Shown: positions 17,701 to 26,774 of the stretch, piece after piece | Layout of the letters: each line of letters begins with the position of its first letter | How positions within the stretch are numbered: the first letter of the stretch is position 1 | NCBI GenBank assembly: GCA_029261695.1 | Contig: JAJDAV010000066.1 | Span: 1 to 58,038 of the forward strand | From: Nitrospinaceae bacterium | Lineage (GTDB): Bacteria; Nitrospinota; Nitrospinia; Nitrospinales; VA-1 | DNA: 58,038 bases | Reading direction: 5' to 3' | Position numbers and translations under genes: made by a program | The notes under the pieces: generated by a model | Database searches by the model: none | Seen by the model: only the letters and a program-made list of their open reading frames with translations | Told to the model about the DNA's origin: nothing

Positions 17701-20360
17701 GTACTGTTACCGAGGGTTAAACCGCTGTTCGCCGTCATAGTCACAGCTCCAGCAGAAACTAAGGCGTTATCAACATTTATCGTTGAGCCGGTCGAAGTGA
17801 GAACCAGGGTTCCTGCGGAAGACGTATTACTTGCACTAAGAGTTAAGGCACCTGCTGAACTTAAAGTGGTTCCACTTCCCAAGGTTAGCACTGAGGAGTT
17901 AGCGTTTACGCTTAAGCTACCTGATGATGTGGTAATACCTCCATTCAAAGTAATTCCAGAATTTGCAGTCAAAGCAACCGCCCCCGTCGCTGTTAAACTA
18001 CCAGTCATTTCTATACTAGTAGGCGCTGTCAGGGTCAGTCCCGCTGCAGCTGTCATGCCTCCAGTTAACGCACTCAATTTTATGGATGAAGCGCTGTTTA
18101 GTGAAACACCACTGGCGAAAGAAATATTATCTTTGGGATCAAGAGAATCTGCACCACTATCGGAATCCCCATCTAAACTAAGAGCTCCAGTGGTCGTGGT
18201 GATATTTGAGTTTACGGTGATCCCGTTTATCGCTTTTGCTTCCAACGAAGAAAACGAAGAGTCCGCAGAAAACACAATCGCTCCATCGGAACCTGAGACA
18301 TGAGTGTCGACATCTAAAACAACGCCATCAGTGAAAGAGGTGAGAGTAACCCCTCTAACAAAGATATCACCATTTAAGGATCCACCAAAGGTGAGCTTGT
18401 TACCGCTGATTAAATTTAACTCCGTTTGACTTAAAAACATGTCACAAAGGTCTGCAGTACCATCGCCACAACCCGTCAATGCTGTTCCACCTAAATACAT
18501 ATCCCCAACAGATCCAATAGTCACATCACCCGCGCCGCTATTGATGTTTCCAGCAATATTCAGCGTTCTTCCCTTCAAGGAAATATTACCTCCATTCGAG
18601 GTTAAACCGCCGACCACCAATTCCCCACGTGCCTCGAATATGATGTCTCCTCCCTGAGTAATAATGGTGTCACTTCCATTCAAAAACAGGATGTCGCCAA
18701 CAGCCTCTGTTATATTTCCGTTACTGTCTCGGGTGATCGTATTTTTTGTCGTCCTGAACGTAACCGAATTGCCACTGCCTTGCTGCAAATTGAGAGAATC
18801 CCCTCCTAAATTAATGGTGATTGTTTCATCTGCTTGAAGAATTATATTTGTTGACCCTGAAATTCCTTCCAGCGTGGCTTTAGAAATAGTGGCAAAGGTG
18901 GCTGCGCCACTAGTGGTAGCAGCGCTACCAGCTTCAACTCTGATTCCTGTTGGGTCAAGCAATAGAGTTCCGGTTTTTCCGTTTACCGCTGTAGTATCTA
19001 CCGACCCGTCAAAAAATAATTCTTCCTTTCCAGAAACTTCTACGAAACTACCATCGCCAAAATATTTTCCGCCGCGGCCTTTCACGATACCCTGAAAGTG
19101 CATCCTTCGGTCTGCCCAGAAGATCACTCTTCCACCATCTCCATAATTTACCGCATCAGCAAAAATCTGTGTGTCGGATCCAATATAGGTGTCGAATGCA
19201 TTGGGAACAGCGCCATTACCCTGATAGTCCCCACCAAACAGAAGCGTCCCTCCTCCCGAGTCACCCGATACATCAATGAAACCCGTTCCGTATAATCCCA
19301 CGAGATAACCTAGAACGTTGACCTCGCCACCCGTTTCGCCTGCCTTATAGCCTGAGGCATCCAATCTGCCTGAAACACGTACATCACCTTCATCGCCTCC
19401 CATCAAAATAATTTTTCCATTTTTCTCCATCACCGATCTCGCTTGAATCACACCATCCATATTGATCACGTGATCTACGATATCCTGTGCGGCGTTGACA
19501 TCAAGCCGAACCACCCCACCATCGGCAAAAATGCTCCCACTATTGGTAACAAGAGAAGACAATGTCTCACCATTCATCCCTGTTACCTGGTCTACCACTT
19601 TGCTGTCGATTCCCAGATTGATCAACTGGTCGCCATATAGATCCAAAGTAAAAGTTTTTCCAGAAGCCAAACTTACTTTTCCAAGACGGGCATTGATAAC
19701 ACCCATGTTCTGCACACCCGGAGCCACTAGCGCCACCAAACCACCTTCAGCTGCAGTTATCGTTCCCTGATTAACAATGGAATTTGAAAAGCTGGAAGGA
19801 ATATCAAAATTATAATTGCCATTCAAAAAATTTGAATTGGTAATATTGCTGGTAGTTGCAACTAGACCACGCACATCGACTTGCGCATTATTTCCAAAGA
19901 AAATTCCATTAGGATTGACCACCCACAAATCTCCATTGGAGGTCATCTTTCCTAAAATTTGAGAAGGATCATTTCCCGTTATTCGATTCAGTGTTACCCC
20001 ACCCTGCGACAACTGAAAATCAACATGCTCCGAAGTACCAATGTTAAAGCTATTCCAGTCGATAATTGCCTTGTTAGTACTTTGATGAATATTCATCTTC
20101 TCGGGCGAGACCGTGTCAATAGTCACCGAGCCAGACTGAACAGTCGGGTCTGTGGGAAGTGCAAAGACCAATGTAGGAAAAATACCCACCAGATAGGTTA
20201 AGAACGAAACCAGAAAAATCGCAGCATTGCCCGGCTTCCGCAAGGTCGAAAACACTCTTCCCCGGCGAACGGCAGGTTGCTCATGAGAGGAGGGCATTGC
20301 AGCTTTCCTCTCAGGCGTTGCCTGGCCAAATGCAATCTGGTTCATTTTAAAAACGTTCAT
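14748..20360 (-). CDS. Two-partner-secretion exoprotein (TpsA; filamentous-haemagglutinin-like beta-helix protein, 1870 aa)
   Basis: N-terminal TPS (haemagglutination activity) domain: IDWNSFNIGTSEHVDF, LNRITGNDPSQILG, VVNPNGIFFG. About 1300 aa of S/T/G/A/N-rich beta-helix-type repeats. AGGAAG Shine-Dalgarno 4 nt before ATG 20360. Lies 8 nt downstream of tpsB. Confidence 0.9.
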   Translation of the reverse strand: MNVFKMNQIAFGQATPERKAAMPSSHEQPAVRRGRVFSTLRKPGNAAIFLVSFLTYLVGIFPTLVFALPTDPTVQSGSVTIDTVSPEKMNIHQSTNKAIIDWNSFNIGTSEHVDFQLSQGGVTLNRITGNDPSQILGKMTSNGDLWVVNPNGIFFGNNAQVDVRGLVATTSNITNSNFLNGNYNFDIPSSFSNSIVNQGTITAAEGGLVALVAPGVQNMGVINARLGKVSLASGKTFTLDLYGDQLINLGIDSKVVDQVTGMNGETLSSLVTNSGSIFADGGVVRLDVNAAQDIVDHVINMDGVIQARSVMEKNGKIILMGGDEGDVRVSGRLDASGYKAGETGGEVNVLGYLVGLYGTGFIDVSGDSGGGTLLFGGDYQGNGAVPNAFDTYIGSDTQIFADAVNYGDGGRVIFWADRRMHFQGIVKGRGGKYFGDGSFVEVSGKEELFFDGSVDTTAVNGKTGTLLLDPTGIRVEAGSAATTSGAATFATISKATLEGISGSTNIILQADETITINLGGDSLNLQQGSGNSVTFRTTKNTITRDSNGNITEAVGDILFLNGSDTIITQGGDIIFEARGELVVGGLTSNGGNISLKGRTLNIAGNINSGAGDVTIGSVGDMYLGGTALTGCGDGTADLCDMFLSQTELNLISGNKLTFGGSLNGDIFVRGVTLTSFTDGVVLDVDTHVSGSDGAIVFSADSSFSSLEAKAINGITVNSNITTTTGALSLDGDSDSGADSLDPKDNISFASGVSLNSASSIKLSALTGGMTAAAGLTLTAPTSIEMTGSLTATGAVALTANSGITLNGGITTSSGSLSVNANSSVLTLGSGTTLSSAGALTLSASNTSSAGTLVLTSTGSTINVDNALVSAGAVTMTANSGLTLGNSTLTASGNINLQGGTSLSLASGMNISGASITLGGSTITANNGALTLSSTGSISVGNSLSSVTTASFTASSGISMAGLSANGTVSLNSGTGSTTITGALSTTNNALSLTASDLSLTGSINVGTSATTISVSNSGALGLGFTSGFSGMNLSNAELALITGDLNLVNSSITVQSGASVNLTGKLVVGQSGGSITGLGAMTLAASNGLNIDSSITAVGNLALDGDSNNSNETGDGLALASGVSLTSSGGTITLDATNGGITAPGAINLEAAGVINLNDNFTAAGAIVIKSNGLTIGGTTLSSGTASTTIQTSVAGTTIGLCGAVCAGSFGFSLTSTEFAKITAGSLIIGDSTNGNITVEGVTTTISNVTLNATNSAGRSVTFNTGTSNFQGLAVNASNGIILSSGVTTQGATSFNSDSDAETNIGGDFTLAASQTLSTTNNTLSITTNDLALGAGSSISSGTAGTTLLAAKSGRTIGLGSGAGDFSISNTELGLITAASLTVGNSSNGTITIGGVTSFTTPLTLNATSTGSAVNFATAASTGLGDLTINAGTGGGDFGVDVATTGSLTVNSDAVIAGAGILTVTGTASFNTTGTSNATVVSNNAFTLGTSTVGGDLNVTVGGDNSLNVNGAIEAGGNTTLRADDDIIFTAAGDITTTSGNIIVAADNDSDNNGTGGAITMNEGTTFDAGTGTLALSADEDITLGLLTTSSSTNADVTLTSTSGGVRDGDTSSLDISIGGRLVADVETGFGTLENAIETNLASVDIDNTTSGDVNIFELNAIDIFKINHAGTGDIQVSFIGSATNRQNAVALLGSVKFIRRDTGNLPVGDTGKTLKTLADERTIQFFTIFENIEPAFLPIDRARDNNPELPPLDMFSEAKVLLEIDEETAVYFDGLENYENVWEGTGVENVQIAKRKKSSRRVLSRRPKTTFEKEQVADISFRKAPQNSSNYFEDISGRKKASYQSTPKNSKPPKPLFSLSKADFFNFFP

Positions 20361-20368
20361 TTGCTTCC

Positions 20369-22108
20369 TTAAAATTGTGCTGACAAGCTAAAAAATGTTC
20401 GTAGATCTTTATTTCCCTCTGCGGCAACATCACGGTTGAGAGGTTTGTCAAATTCCACATATCCCGAAAGATAATCTGTCACATTGAATCTAAAGCCCAA
20501 GCCAATAGAGCTTAGGTCTTGCTTGCTTGAGCCGGTGGAAGTTTCTTGGCGGTTCCACACCGTTCCATAATCAAAAAAAGTGTAGGCTTGGATATCTTTC
20601 ATGAAAGGCTTTTTGATTTGGAAAGCTTTCTGCAATTCAAATTTAAAAGCAACACCATGGTCCCCAGTAATTTCTGATGAATCAAAACCTCTCCCGAACT
20701 GGGCTCCACCCATCCCAAACTCCTCAGAGGCTAATAACTTTTCCAACGAGTATTGCCAGGAAATCGCGCCCAGCAACATCCAAGAAGGAGCCAATTGTTG
20801 TAACCGAAGCGCTTCGCCAGAAAACTTTGTAAAAGCACTTGTGCCTCCTGGCCGAGAAAGCTTAGGCGAGCTCTGTTTACTAGCATCCAAAAAGTCGAAC
20901 CCCTGACTCCAGTTAATGCTTAACAGGTTTACGCCGCGATAATTGTCGACAAAATCGTAGGACAACCCCAAATTAGCGATGCGCAATTTATCTTTTGAAT
21001 CTGTATCGCCTAAAAATTCCGTGGTGGAGTCCCTGGTTGTGAATCCAAAAAATGCATTTAAATTTTCAGCTCTGGAACGGATGAAGGGGTGCGTTGCTCT
21101 AAAGGTGAAAGTCGTGCTATCCCCCTTCACCTCAAAAATCTCAAGATCATCGCCAGGTTCAGATTTACTAACCGCACCAGAAAAGTAAATCTTGGTTCCT
21201 TCAGAAGAAACCGGCATTTCATAAAATCCGCTTAAGAACATTAGCTGATCGGGGTTTTTCGTAACCGCCCCTTGAAAACCTATACGCTCATAAAGACCCA
21301 AAAGAGAATTCGTGCTGGCGTTGCCAGAAAATTGGATGGGACCATTGAATTTCGAGCCTCGATTGTCGAAACCCACCCCTGCATTAATTTTTTTGTTTTC
21401 AAGAATCAAGGTCAGATCAGTGGCTCCCGGCCGAACTTCTGATGGCGTTAAAACCGACTTTACCGATAGCCCCGGCAAATCATCTACAAGAAGTAAATAG
21501 CGTTCGAGGTCTTTAGCGAGCAACGGCTTAGACTTTAAAAGTTTTTTGCGATACCAATTCAGTAGTTTTCTAGGGCCGGTAACCTCACCCTGAACATTGA
21601 CTTTATCCACGAAACCTTCAATGACATCGATGCGAATAACTCCTCTGTCAATCTGTTGAGGAGGGACAACAGCCTTACTCAAAATATAACCGTCGTTCCT
21701 GTACATATTCGTAATGGTCTGAGCAATGTCATATACATGTCCCAAAGAAATTTTCTTACGCATATATTTTCTGAATAACTTAGAAAACCTGCGCTTGCTA
21801 TAAAGAGTCGAGCCTTTGATAACCATTTTCTGCAAAACAAATTTGACCTTACGCAGCTCTTCCGGAAACATGGGCTTGAGATTGTCCTCTCGAACAGGTA
21901 TTTTTTGCGCTTTCGGTTTCGGTTGTTTCTTGAAACGTTCTTCGAATCGGAGGGGGGAGGCCTGCTTATAAGTTTGATCTCGTCCCTGCGGAGAAATTTG
22001 AGCAAAACAGGGCAAAACAAAACAATTCCAGAAAATGAGACTAATAGTCCCTGCTAAACAAATTTTCTTTTTTAAATTAGCTGTAACCAAATCCACCACC
22101 TTATTCAA
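20369..22108 (-). CDS. TpsB outer-membrane transporter (ShlB/FhaC/HecB, Omp85 superfamily)
   Basis: Signal-like N-terminus KKKICLAGTISLIFWNCFVLPCFAQ. POTRA-sized N-terminal region. Loop-6-like FGRGF motif. Beta-barrel C-terminus ending FFSLSAQF. The start is TTG and there is no ATG near the N-terminus, so the exact start is uncertain. Confidence 0.88.
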   Translation of the reverse strand: MNKVVDLVTANLKKKICLAGTISLIFWNCFVLPCFAQISPQGRDQTYKQASPLRFEERFKKQPKPKAQKIPVREDNLKPMFPEELRKVKFVLQKMVIKGSTLYSKRRFSKLFRKYMRKKISLGHVYDIAQTITNMYRNDGYILSKAVVPPQQIDRGVIRIDVIEGFVDKVNVQGEVTGPRKLLNWYRKKLLKSKPLLAKDLERYLLLVDDLPGLSVKSVLTPSEVRPGATDLTLILENKKINAGVGFDNRGSKFNGPIQFSGNASTNSLLGLYERIGFQGAVTKNPDQLMFLSGFYEMPVSSEGTKIYFSGAVSKSEPGDDLEIFEVKGDSTTFTFRATHPFIRSRAENLNAFFGFTTRDSTTEFLGDTDSKDKLRIANLGLSYDFVDNYRGVNLLSINWSQGFDFLDASKQSSPKLSRPGGTSAFTKFSGEALRLQQLAPSWMLLGAISWQYSLEKLLASEEFGMGGAQFGRGFDSSEITGDHGVAFKFELQKAFQIKKPFMKDIQAYTFFDYGTVWNRQETSTGSSKQDLSSIGLGFRFNVTDYLSGYVEFDKPLNRDVAAEGNKDLRTFFSLSAQF

Positions 22109-23019
22109 CTTAACGGAAAAAAAAGAGTCAAAGTTGAGGCTAAATACATCTTCTTGAAAACCCCGGAATTACCGTAAATAAAGGGCTTGAGCGTTAAAAT
22201 TTTCGGTCGCACACTTGTGACACACATCGAAATTACTCGCCCAATTTCATAGGTTTTCAAAACAAAACCTGCCGGACCATACCTCTCGAAAAAATTTGCC
22301 CGAGGATGAATATTTCTTAAAAAAAACTGCATTTAAGATTAACCCTTTAGTTACAAGTATTTCAGACACACGAACTCGTTATTATTAAGAGCAAGGACTA
22401 TGCCAAACATCCCTCATCCGCAATAACCAGCTAACACCTTCTAAATAAATGATTTAATCGACATGGGAGGTAGGCGGATTCCGCCAGTTTGGAGCAAAAT
22501 TGGAAATATTTTCCACCAGCCGTCAATTTTTTGATAAAGGGAGTGAAACCAAGGCTTTAAATAGGAAAAACTGGCAAACCACGGAAGAGGTAAAAACATT
22601 TACAAAAGGTAGGAGACCCTCTAAGATTGAAAATAGCTTGCAAACAATTTCGCAATCTCAGAGCGTCGATAAACGATCAATCAAAGGGGAAAATTTGGAA
22701 AACGCTAATTCTATGATTTTTTTGAACATGTGCGATTTTTGTTCTCACGAAAAATCTGATTGCGGGGCCAACCCTGTACTGGCAAAAACGTTAGAAATTG
22801 AAATTCACGATTCAAATCAATTAAATGCAGTGATTGCCTGCGATAAATATAAAAGTCCCATTGATATCCTAAAAGAGAGGTTTCACGATCCGGACCTTTA
22901 AAACCGGACAACTCGCCATCCTCCCCAGCCCTACCACCTATTCAACGTTTAACCTATTCGTTACATTCGCTTAACAATTATGTAATGCGTGAGGACTATA
23001 CTTTTCTTGTCATTCAAAA

Positions 23020-23481
23020 ATGAAAGGAACAGTCATGCCCTTTGAAAAAGACAAGAAAAAGAAATTCGTGGAGTATTTGTGGACAGAAATCAATAAAGCC
23101 ATTCTGACTTCACCTGAAGTGAAACTCTCTATAAAACAATTGCAAGCCTTGGGGCTTTTAGATTATGTCAGTGAATACAATTTAGTTCTGGAAGTCGATC
23201 GGTTAATCGAAAAAATTGTAAATGAGACTGAAGATATAACATTGGAAGAACTGTCAAAACTAAAAAGAGACCTTACGGAAGTGGAAGAATTGGGAGATAT
23301 GAGCTTTACCTCTGACAAAGAAATTAAAGAGAACCCCAATCAAGATGATTCAGCCGCTTTAAAGATCATCCCACAGGTGGATGGGAAACTCTTGTCAGAA
23401 AACGAAATGCTCTTTGAAGAATATCTTTGCAAGGAATTTGATGAGGAGCAGTGGCTTAAACAATCCAAAATCAGGTTTTAA
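23020..23481 (+). CDS. Hypothetical acidic protein (153 aa; alternative start ATG 23035 has the better AAAGGAA Shine-Dalgarno)
   Basis: ATG ORF with a helical E/K/L-rich sequence and no recognised motifs. Confidence 0.55.
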   Translation: MKGTVMPFEKDKKKKFVEYLWTEINKAILTSPEVKLSIKQLQALGLLDYVSEYNLVLEVDRLIEKIVNETEDITLEELSKLKRDLTEVEELGDMSFTSDKEIKENPNQDDSAALKIIPQVDGKLLSENEMLFEEYLCKEFDEEQWLKQSKIRF

Positions 23482-23527
23482 ACTTTTTTCATTTGCCTCC
23501 CCGGATTCTAGCCCATAAACGAGGATT

Positions 23528-23788
23528 TTATTTGGGAACCAGATGATCAGCAATCAGAATAATATGTTGTTTATTAACGGCAAGAAATTCTGACTGAAAC
23601 AATACATTTCCAGTGACCAGACAATAAACTTTGGCGTCGATCACGGGAATAAAACTCTCACTCCCCTCATTCAACATATCCAACAATCGATTACTAGGAA
23701 GCTTGAAAATCTTCCCTTCTATCTTTTCCCCTGATGTCCGAATGATGGCATCGACAGTATCTTTTTTAACAAAAGCGTTATAGGCCAT
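23528..23788 (-). CDS. Small hypothetical protein (86 aa)
   Basis: ATG preceded by GGAG (ggagctATG). Balanced composition that looks beta-rich. No recognised catalytic motifs. Confidence 0.5.
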   Translation of the reverse strand: MAYNAFVKKDTVDAIIRTSGEKIEGKIFKLPSNRLLDMLNEGSESFIPVIDAKVYCLVTGNVLFQSEFLAVNKQHIILIADHLVPK

Positions 23789-23960
23789 AGCTCCATCCCT
23801 TTTTTAACTCAGAAAAAGTTTCTGCCCGTTCTAGAATATTTTTGTGAACAAACAGCTTACCCCTTTTCCCTCTACCTGACAAGGGAGGCTTTCCAAAAAT
23901 AATAGGCTCGGTATGTGGTATTCTTTCTTTGTTTTTTTCAATTTCTAAATTTAGAGCGCT

Positions 23961-25994
23961 ATGAATTCTGGAAAACAAAGACTCCAAGGCACTGATGGCA
24001 TACGCCGGGAAACAAAGCTATCAAATATCCCCGAATGCAAAGGCCTCACCCCCCAACAAGTTTTCCAGGAAAAGAGCTGGATCACCGAGCAGTTCATGGA
24101 ACTGTATGCCTATTCACATATTAAAAATTTATCAAAATCCAAATCGGCCAAAAAGGTTGTCGTAGGGTGGGACCCTAGAGATCCTTCAGGAGTTTTTATC
24201 GATGCGGTCATAAAAGGAATTCGAAAAACAGGAGCCGATGCCTTGACTCTGGGGGTAGTGCCCACTCCACTAGTCCCCCTATTCATGCTGCATCAAAAGG
24301 CCGATTGCGGCATCATGGTTACCGCATCACACAACCCAAACGACCAAAATGGGATAAAATTATTTTCTCCTTTTCACGGCATGAAACCTCTGCCATCAGA
24401 TGATTCGCAATTAACACAATATGTTTTACGGCAAAATTATTCATCGATAAAAAAAGCATCACTAAGAGGCAAGCGAAAAGATTTTAGAAAAAAAGCTCTG
24501 GAGCTTTTCAGTCATTTTTCTCTGACGCCGGAAAATTCCTGGATAGACGAACCTCTAAATTTAAAAAATATTACTCTGGTTGTTGACCCTGCAAACGGAT
24601 CGCTCACAGGCATCGCCAAGAAGGTTTTTGTTCAAGCTGGATTTAAAAAAGTAATCGAGGTGAACAACAAATTAAACGGCGACGTAAATGTATTTTCAGG
24701 TGTCGCTGATCTCGAAGGTCGAGATAGGATCACCCCTGACGAATTAAAAACTCCTGCTGGTTTTTTTCGCCGCCACAAAGCAATTAAAAAACTATTTGAA
24801 CTCGGTCGAAAAAACAAACCCTCTCTGGCCAAAGGTAAAATGCGTGTAGTCGGAACCATCTTTGATGCCGATGCAGATCGTTTTTTCATGCTCGAATACG
24901 ACCCCTTTCAGGATGTGCTTTGGATATTGAGTGGCGATGAAACCGCTATATTACAGGCTCAACACCTCACTACCCACTTTCCCAAAAAGTATAAAAACTC
25001 TTTATATATTAATACCGTTGAAAGCGATCTCAACGCTGCAATGGCAGCCGAAAAAATGGGATTAAAACCAGAATTGACCGCAGTGGGTGACAAATGGATT
25101 CTTCTAAAAATCCGATTAAGAGAACTGGAACAAAAAGCAAAAGGCCCTAATTGTTCGACAAAAAAACGTAGTGCCTTTATTCGCGAAACACAAAAACTTA
25201 AAAAGACAGGTATCACCAGCATTGAATCTCTTAAACGGTTGGAAGAAATTCTAGGCGAAAACAAAAGTGGAAAAAACTTAAAACCTGTTTTAGCCGTAGG
25301 CAGTGAAGAAACCGGGCATAACATTACAGAATCAAAATTCACTGGGCAAGACGGAGAAGCCGTAGCGATTTATTCTGGCAATGGCCTCAAAAGTGCGCTG
25401 AACACCCTTGCTGCAACCAGCCACCTATCCCTTTCGCCAAAAAAATATTACACTAAAGTGAATCGTCCCTTTAATCCAGGTTTTAAAGGGACACTATACG
25501 TTTACTACATTCATCAGGAATTATTTTTTAAAGATTCATGGGTCTGGAAAAAGGTCAAGCAGACTATTTTACGTGCGGCAAAAAAGAGAAACTATGACGT
25601 TTCCACTCGTAATTTTCCAGAAGACCCCGATATGTTATATATCTCACTTGAAAAAGGGAAAGCCGGAATCTTTGTGAGAAACTCTGGCACTGAAAATAAA
25701 ATAAGCATCAACCTTCGAGGGAGCAAATCAGACGCATCTAAACTGACTCAAATGGGCAACGAAGCCATAAAAATACTATTCACCCATTTGAAAAACTGCG
25801 ATCATCATTTTTATAAGTTAGAATTAAATGCTCTGAGTCAAATCGCCTCAAAAACTTTAAACGAAAAAGATTTAAAAATCGAAAAGCATTCCAAAATCAG
25901 GCTGATCGCTGAAATGCAGAAACAAGGAATCGTTGAAATGAGCCTAAAAGGCTTTCAATTGACCTCGCTTGGAAAATGGTACATGGAAAACTGA
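23961..25994 (+). CDS. Phosphohexomutase-superfamily enzyme (GlmM/PGM-like), unusually long at 677 aa
   Basis: N-terminal GTDGIRR. Phosphoserine loop TASHNPNDQNGIK. Metal loop FDADADRFF. Sugar loop GSEETGH. Phosphate loop RNSGTENK. Extra about 60-aa basic insertion and about 100-aa C-terminal extension. Confidence 0.85.
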   Translation: MNSGKQRLQGTDGIRRETKLSNIPECKGLTPQQVFQEKSWITEQFMELYAYSHIKNLSKSKSAKKVVVGWDPRDPSGVFIDAVIKGIRKTGADALTLGVVPTPLVPLFMLHQKADCGIMVTASHNPNDQNGIKLFSPFHGMKPLPSDDSQLTQYVLRQNYSSIKKASLRGKRKDFRKKALELFSHFSLTPENSWIDEPLNLKNITLVVDPANGSLTGIAKKVFVQAGFKKVIEVNNKLNGDVNVFSGVADLEGRDRITPDELKTPAGFFRRHKAIKKLFELGRKNKPSLAKGKMRVVGTIFDADADRFFMLEYDPFQDVLWILSGDETAILQAQHLTTHFPKKYKNSLYINTVESDLNAAMAAEKMGLKPELTAVGDKWILLKIRLRELEQKAKGPNCSTKKRSAFIRETQKLKKTGITSIESLKRLEEILGENKSGKNLKPVLAVGSEETGHNITESKFTGQDGEAVAIYSGNGLKSALNTLAATSHLSLSPKKYYTKVNRPFNPGFKGTLYVYYIHQELFFKDSWVWKKVKQTILRAAKKRNYDVSTRNFPEDPDMLYISLEKGKAGIFVRNSGTENKISINLRGSKSDASKLTQMGNEAIKILFTHLKNCDHHFYKLELNALSQIASKTLNEKDLKIEKHSKIRLIAEMQKQGIVEMSLKGFQLTSLGKWYMEN

Positions 25995-25996
25995 TT

Positions 25997-26770
25997 ATGA
26001 AAGACTTCTCTCTATTTTTTTCAGACTTGAATACCGAGCCGTATAAGACCCTTTTTTCAGGCGCCGATCGTGTTTGGGACCCTTTAAAAAATCTCAACGC
26101 CCTATTGCATTCATTACTTCAAAATAAAACCGGCACTCACTTTTCCGAGGGAGTATGCGTAGACAGGAATGAAAAGGGATTGTTCATACAAAAATGGATG
26201 AAGCTTGATCAAGCGGTTCACCTGAAAGAATTAGATATTTTTATCGATGTGGGAACCCGGCTAGAACCCTCTGCAATCATTAAGGGGCCGGCAGTGATCG
26301 GGAAGAATTGTGACATCCGCCAGGGCGCATACGTTCGCGGAAATGTCTTTGCGGGGGAAGGCTGCGTCATTGGTCATGCAACAGAAATTAAAAACAGCAT
26401 TATGATGGATCACAGTGAAGCAGGGCATTTTAATTACATTGGGGACAGCATTGTGGGCAGCCATGTCAATATGGGCGCCGGATCCAAACTTGCTAATTTA
26501 CAATTTCGAAGCAAAGAAGAAAAAGAAAAAGGTTTTATTCATCCCATTCAAATTCCACTCGAATCTGAAGATTTTAAAACGGACATGGAAAAACTGGGGG
26601 CCATTGTCGGAGATCATGCTGAATTGGGATGTAACGCAGTTTTATGCCCAGGAACATTGATAGGTAAAAGCACCTGGGTTTATCCCAACTTGATGGTTCC
26701 AAAGGGGTATTACCCCCCCAACACGGTTATAACCCCAAAAGATCGTAAACCTCGTATAATTGAAAAATGA
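25997..26770 (+). CDS. Left-handed beta-helix (hexapeptide-repeat) acyltransferase-like protein, GlmU C-terminal-domain-like, without a nucleotidyltransferase domain
   Basis: Hexapeptide periodicity in IIKGPAVIGKNCDIRQGAYVRGNVFAGEGCVIGHATEIKNSIM...IGDSIVGSHVNMGAGS. ATG 25997 lies 2 nt after the upstream stop. The track start at 25976 would overlap. Confidence 0.75.
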   Translation: MKDFSLFFSDLNTEPYKTLFSGADRVWDPLKNLNALLHSLLQNKTGTHFSEGVCVDRNEKGLFIQKWMKLDQAVHLKELDIFIDVGTRLEPSAIIKGPAVIGKNCDIRQGAYVRGNVFAGEGCVIGHATEIKNSIMMDHSEAGHFNYIGDSIVGSHVNMGAGSKLANLQFRSKEEKEKGFIHPIQIPLESEDFKTDMEKLGAIVGDHAELGCNAVLCPGTLIGKSTWVYPNLMVPKGYYPPNTVITPKDRKPRIIEK

Positions 26771-26774
26771 TTCT

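Noticed and set aside
15082-19770. Very long plus-strand ORFs antisense to tpsA (378, 98, 130, 365, 72 and 73 aa). Most lie in one frame that is nearly open for about 3.7 kb.
   Set aside because: This is a compositional artefact. In that antisense frame a stop can arise only opposite sense Tyr (TAY) or His/Gln (CAN) codons, and the S/T/G/A/N/L/V-rich repeat region of TpsA almost lacks these. The translations are P/V/A-rich low complexity with no start context.
22105-22332. A 75-aa minus-strand ORF overlapping the tpsB start (TTGA).
   Set aside because: It has no Shine-Dalgarno, an odd hydrophobic/basic composition and no motif. It is probably part of the tpsB leader and is flagged only within the 22.1-23.0 kb finding.
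22573-22580. A GGCAAACC motif reminiscent of c-di-GMP-I (GEMM-I) riboswitches, in the spacer upstream of the 153-aa gene.
   Set aside because: The second conserved half (ACGCAAAGCC-like) and the paired stems are not present nearby, so this is an isolated 8-mer match.
23778-23987. A 69-aa minus-strand ORF upstream of the 86-aa gene.
   Set aside because: It starts with TTG and has no ATG. It would overlap the divergent, well-supported mutase start (M-8 aa-GTDGIRR) by 27 nt. The stretch is more likely the divergent promoter and leader region.
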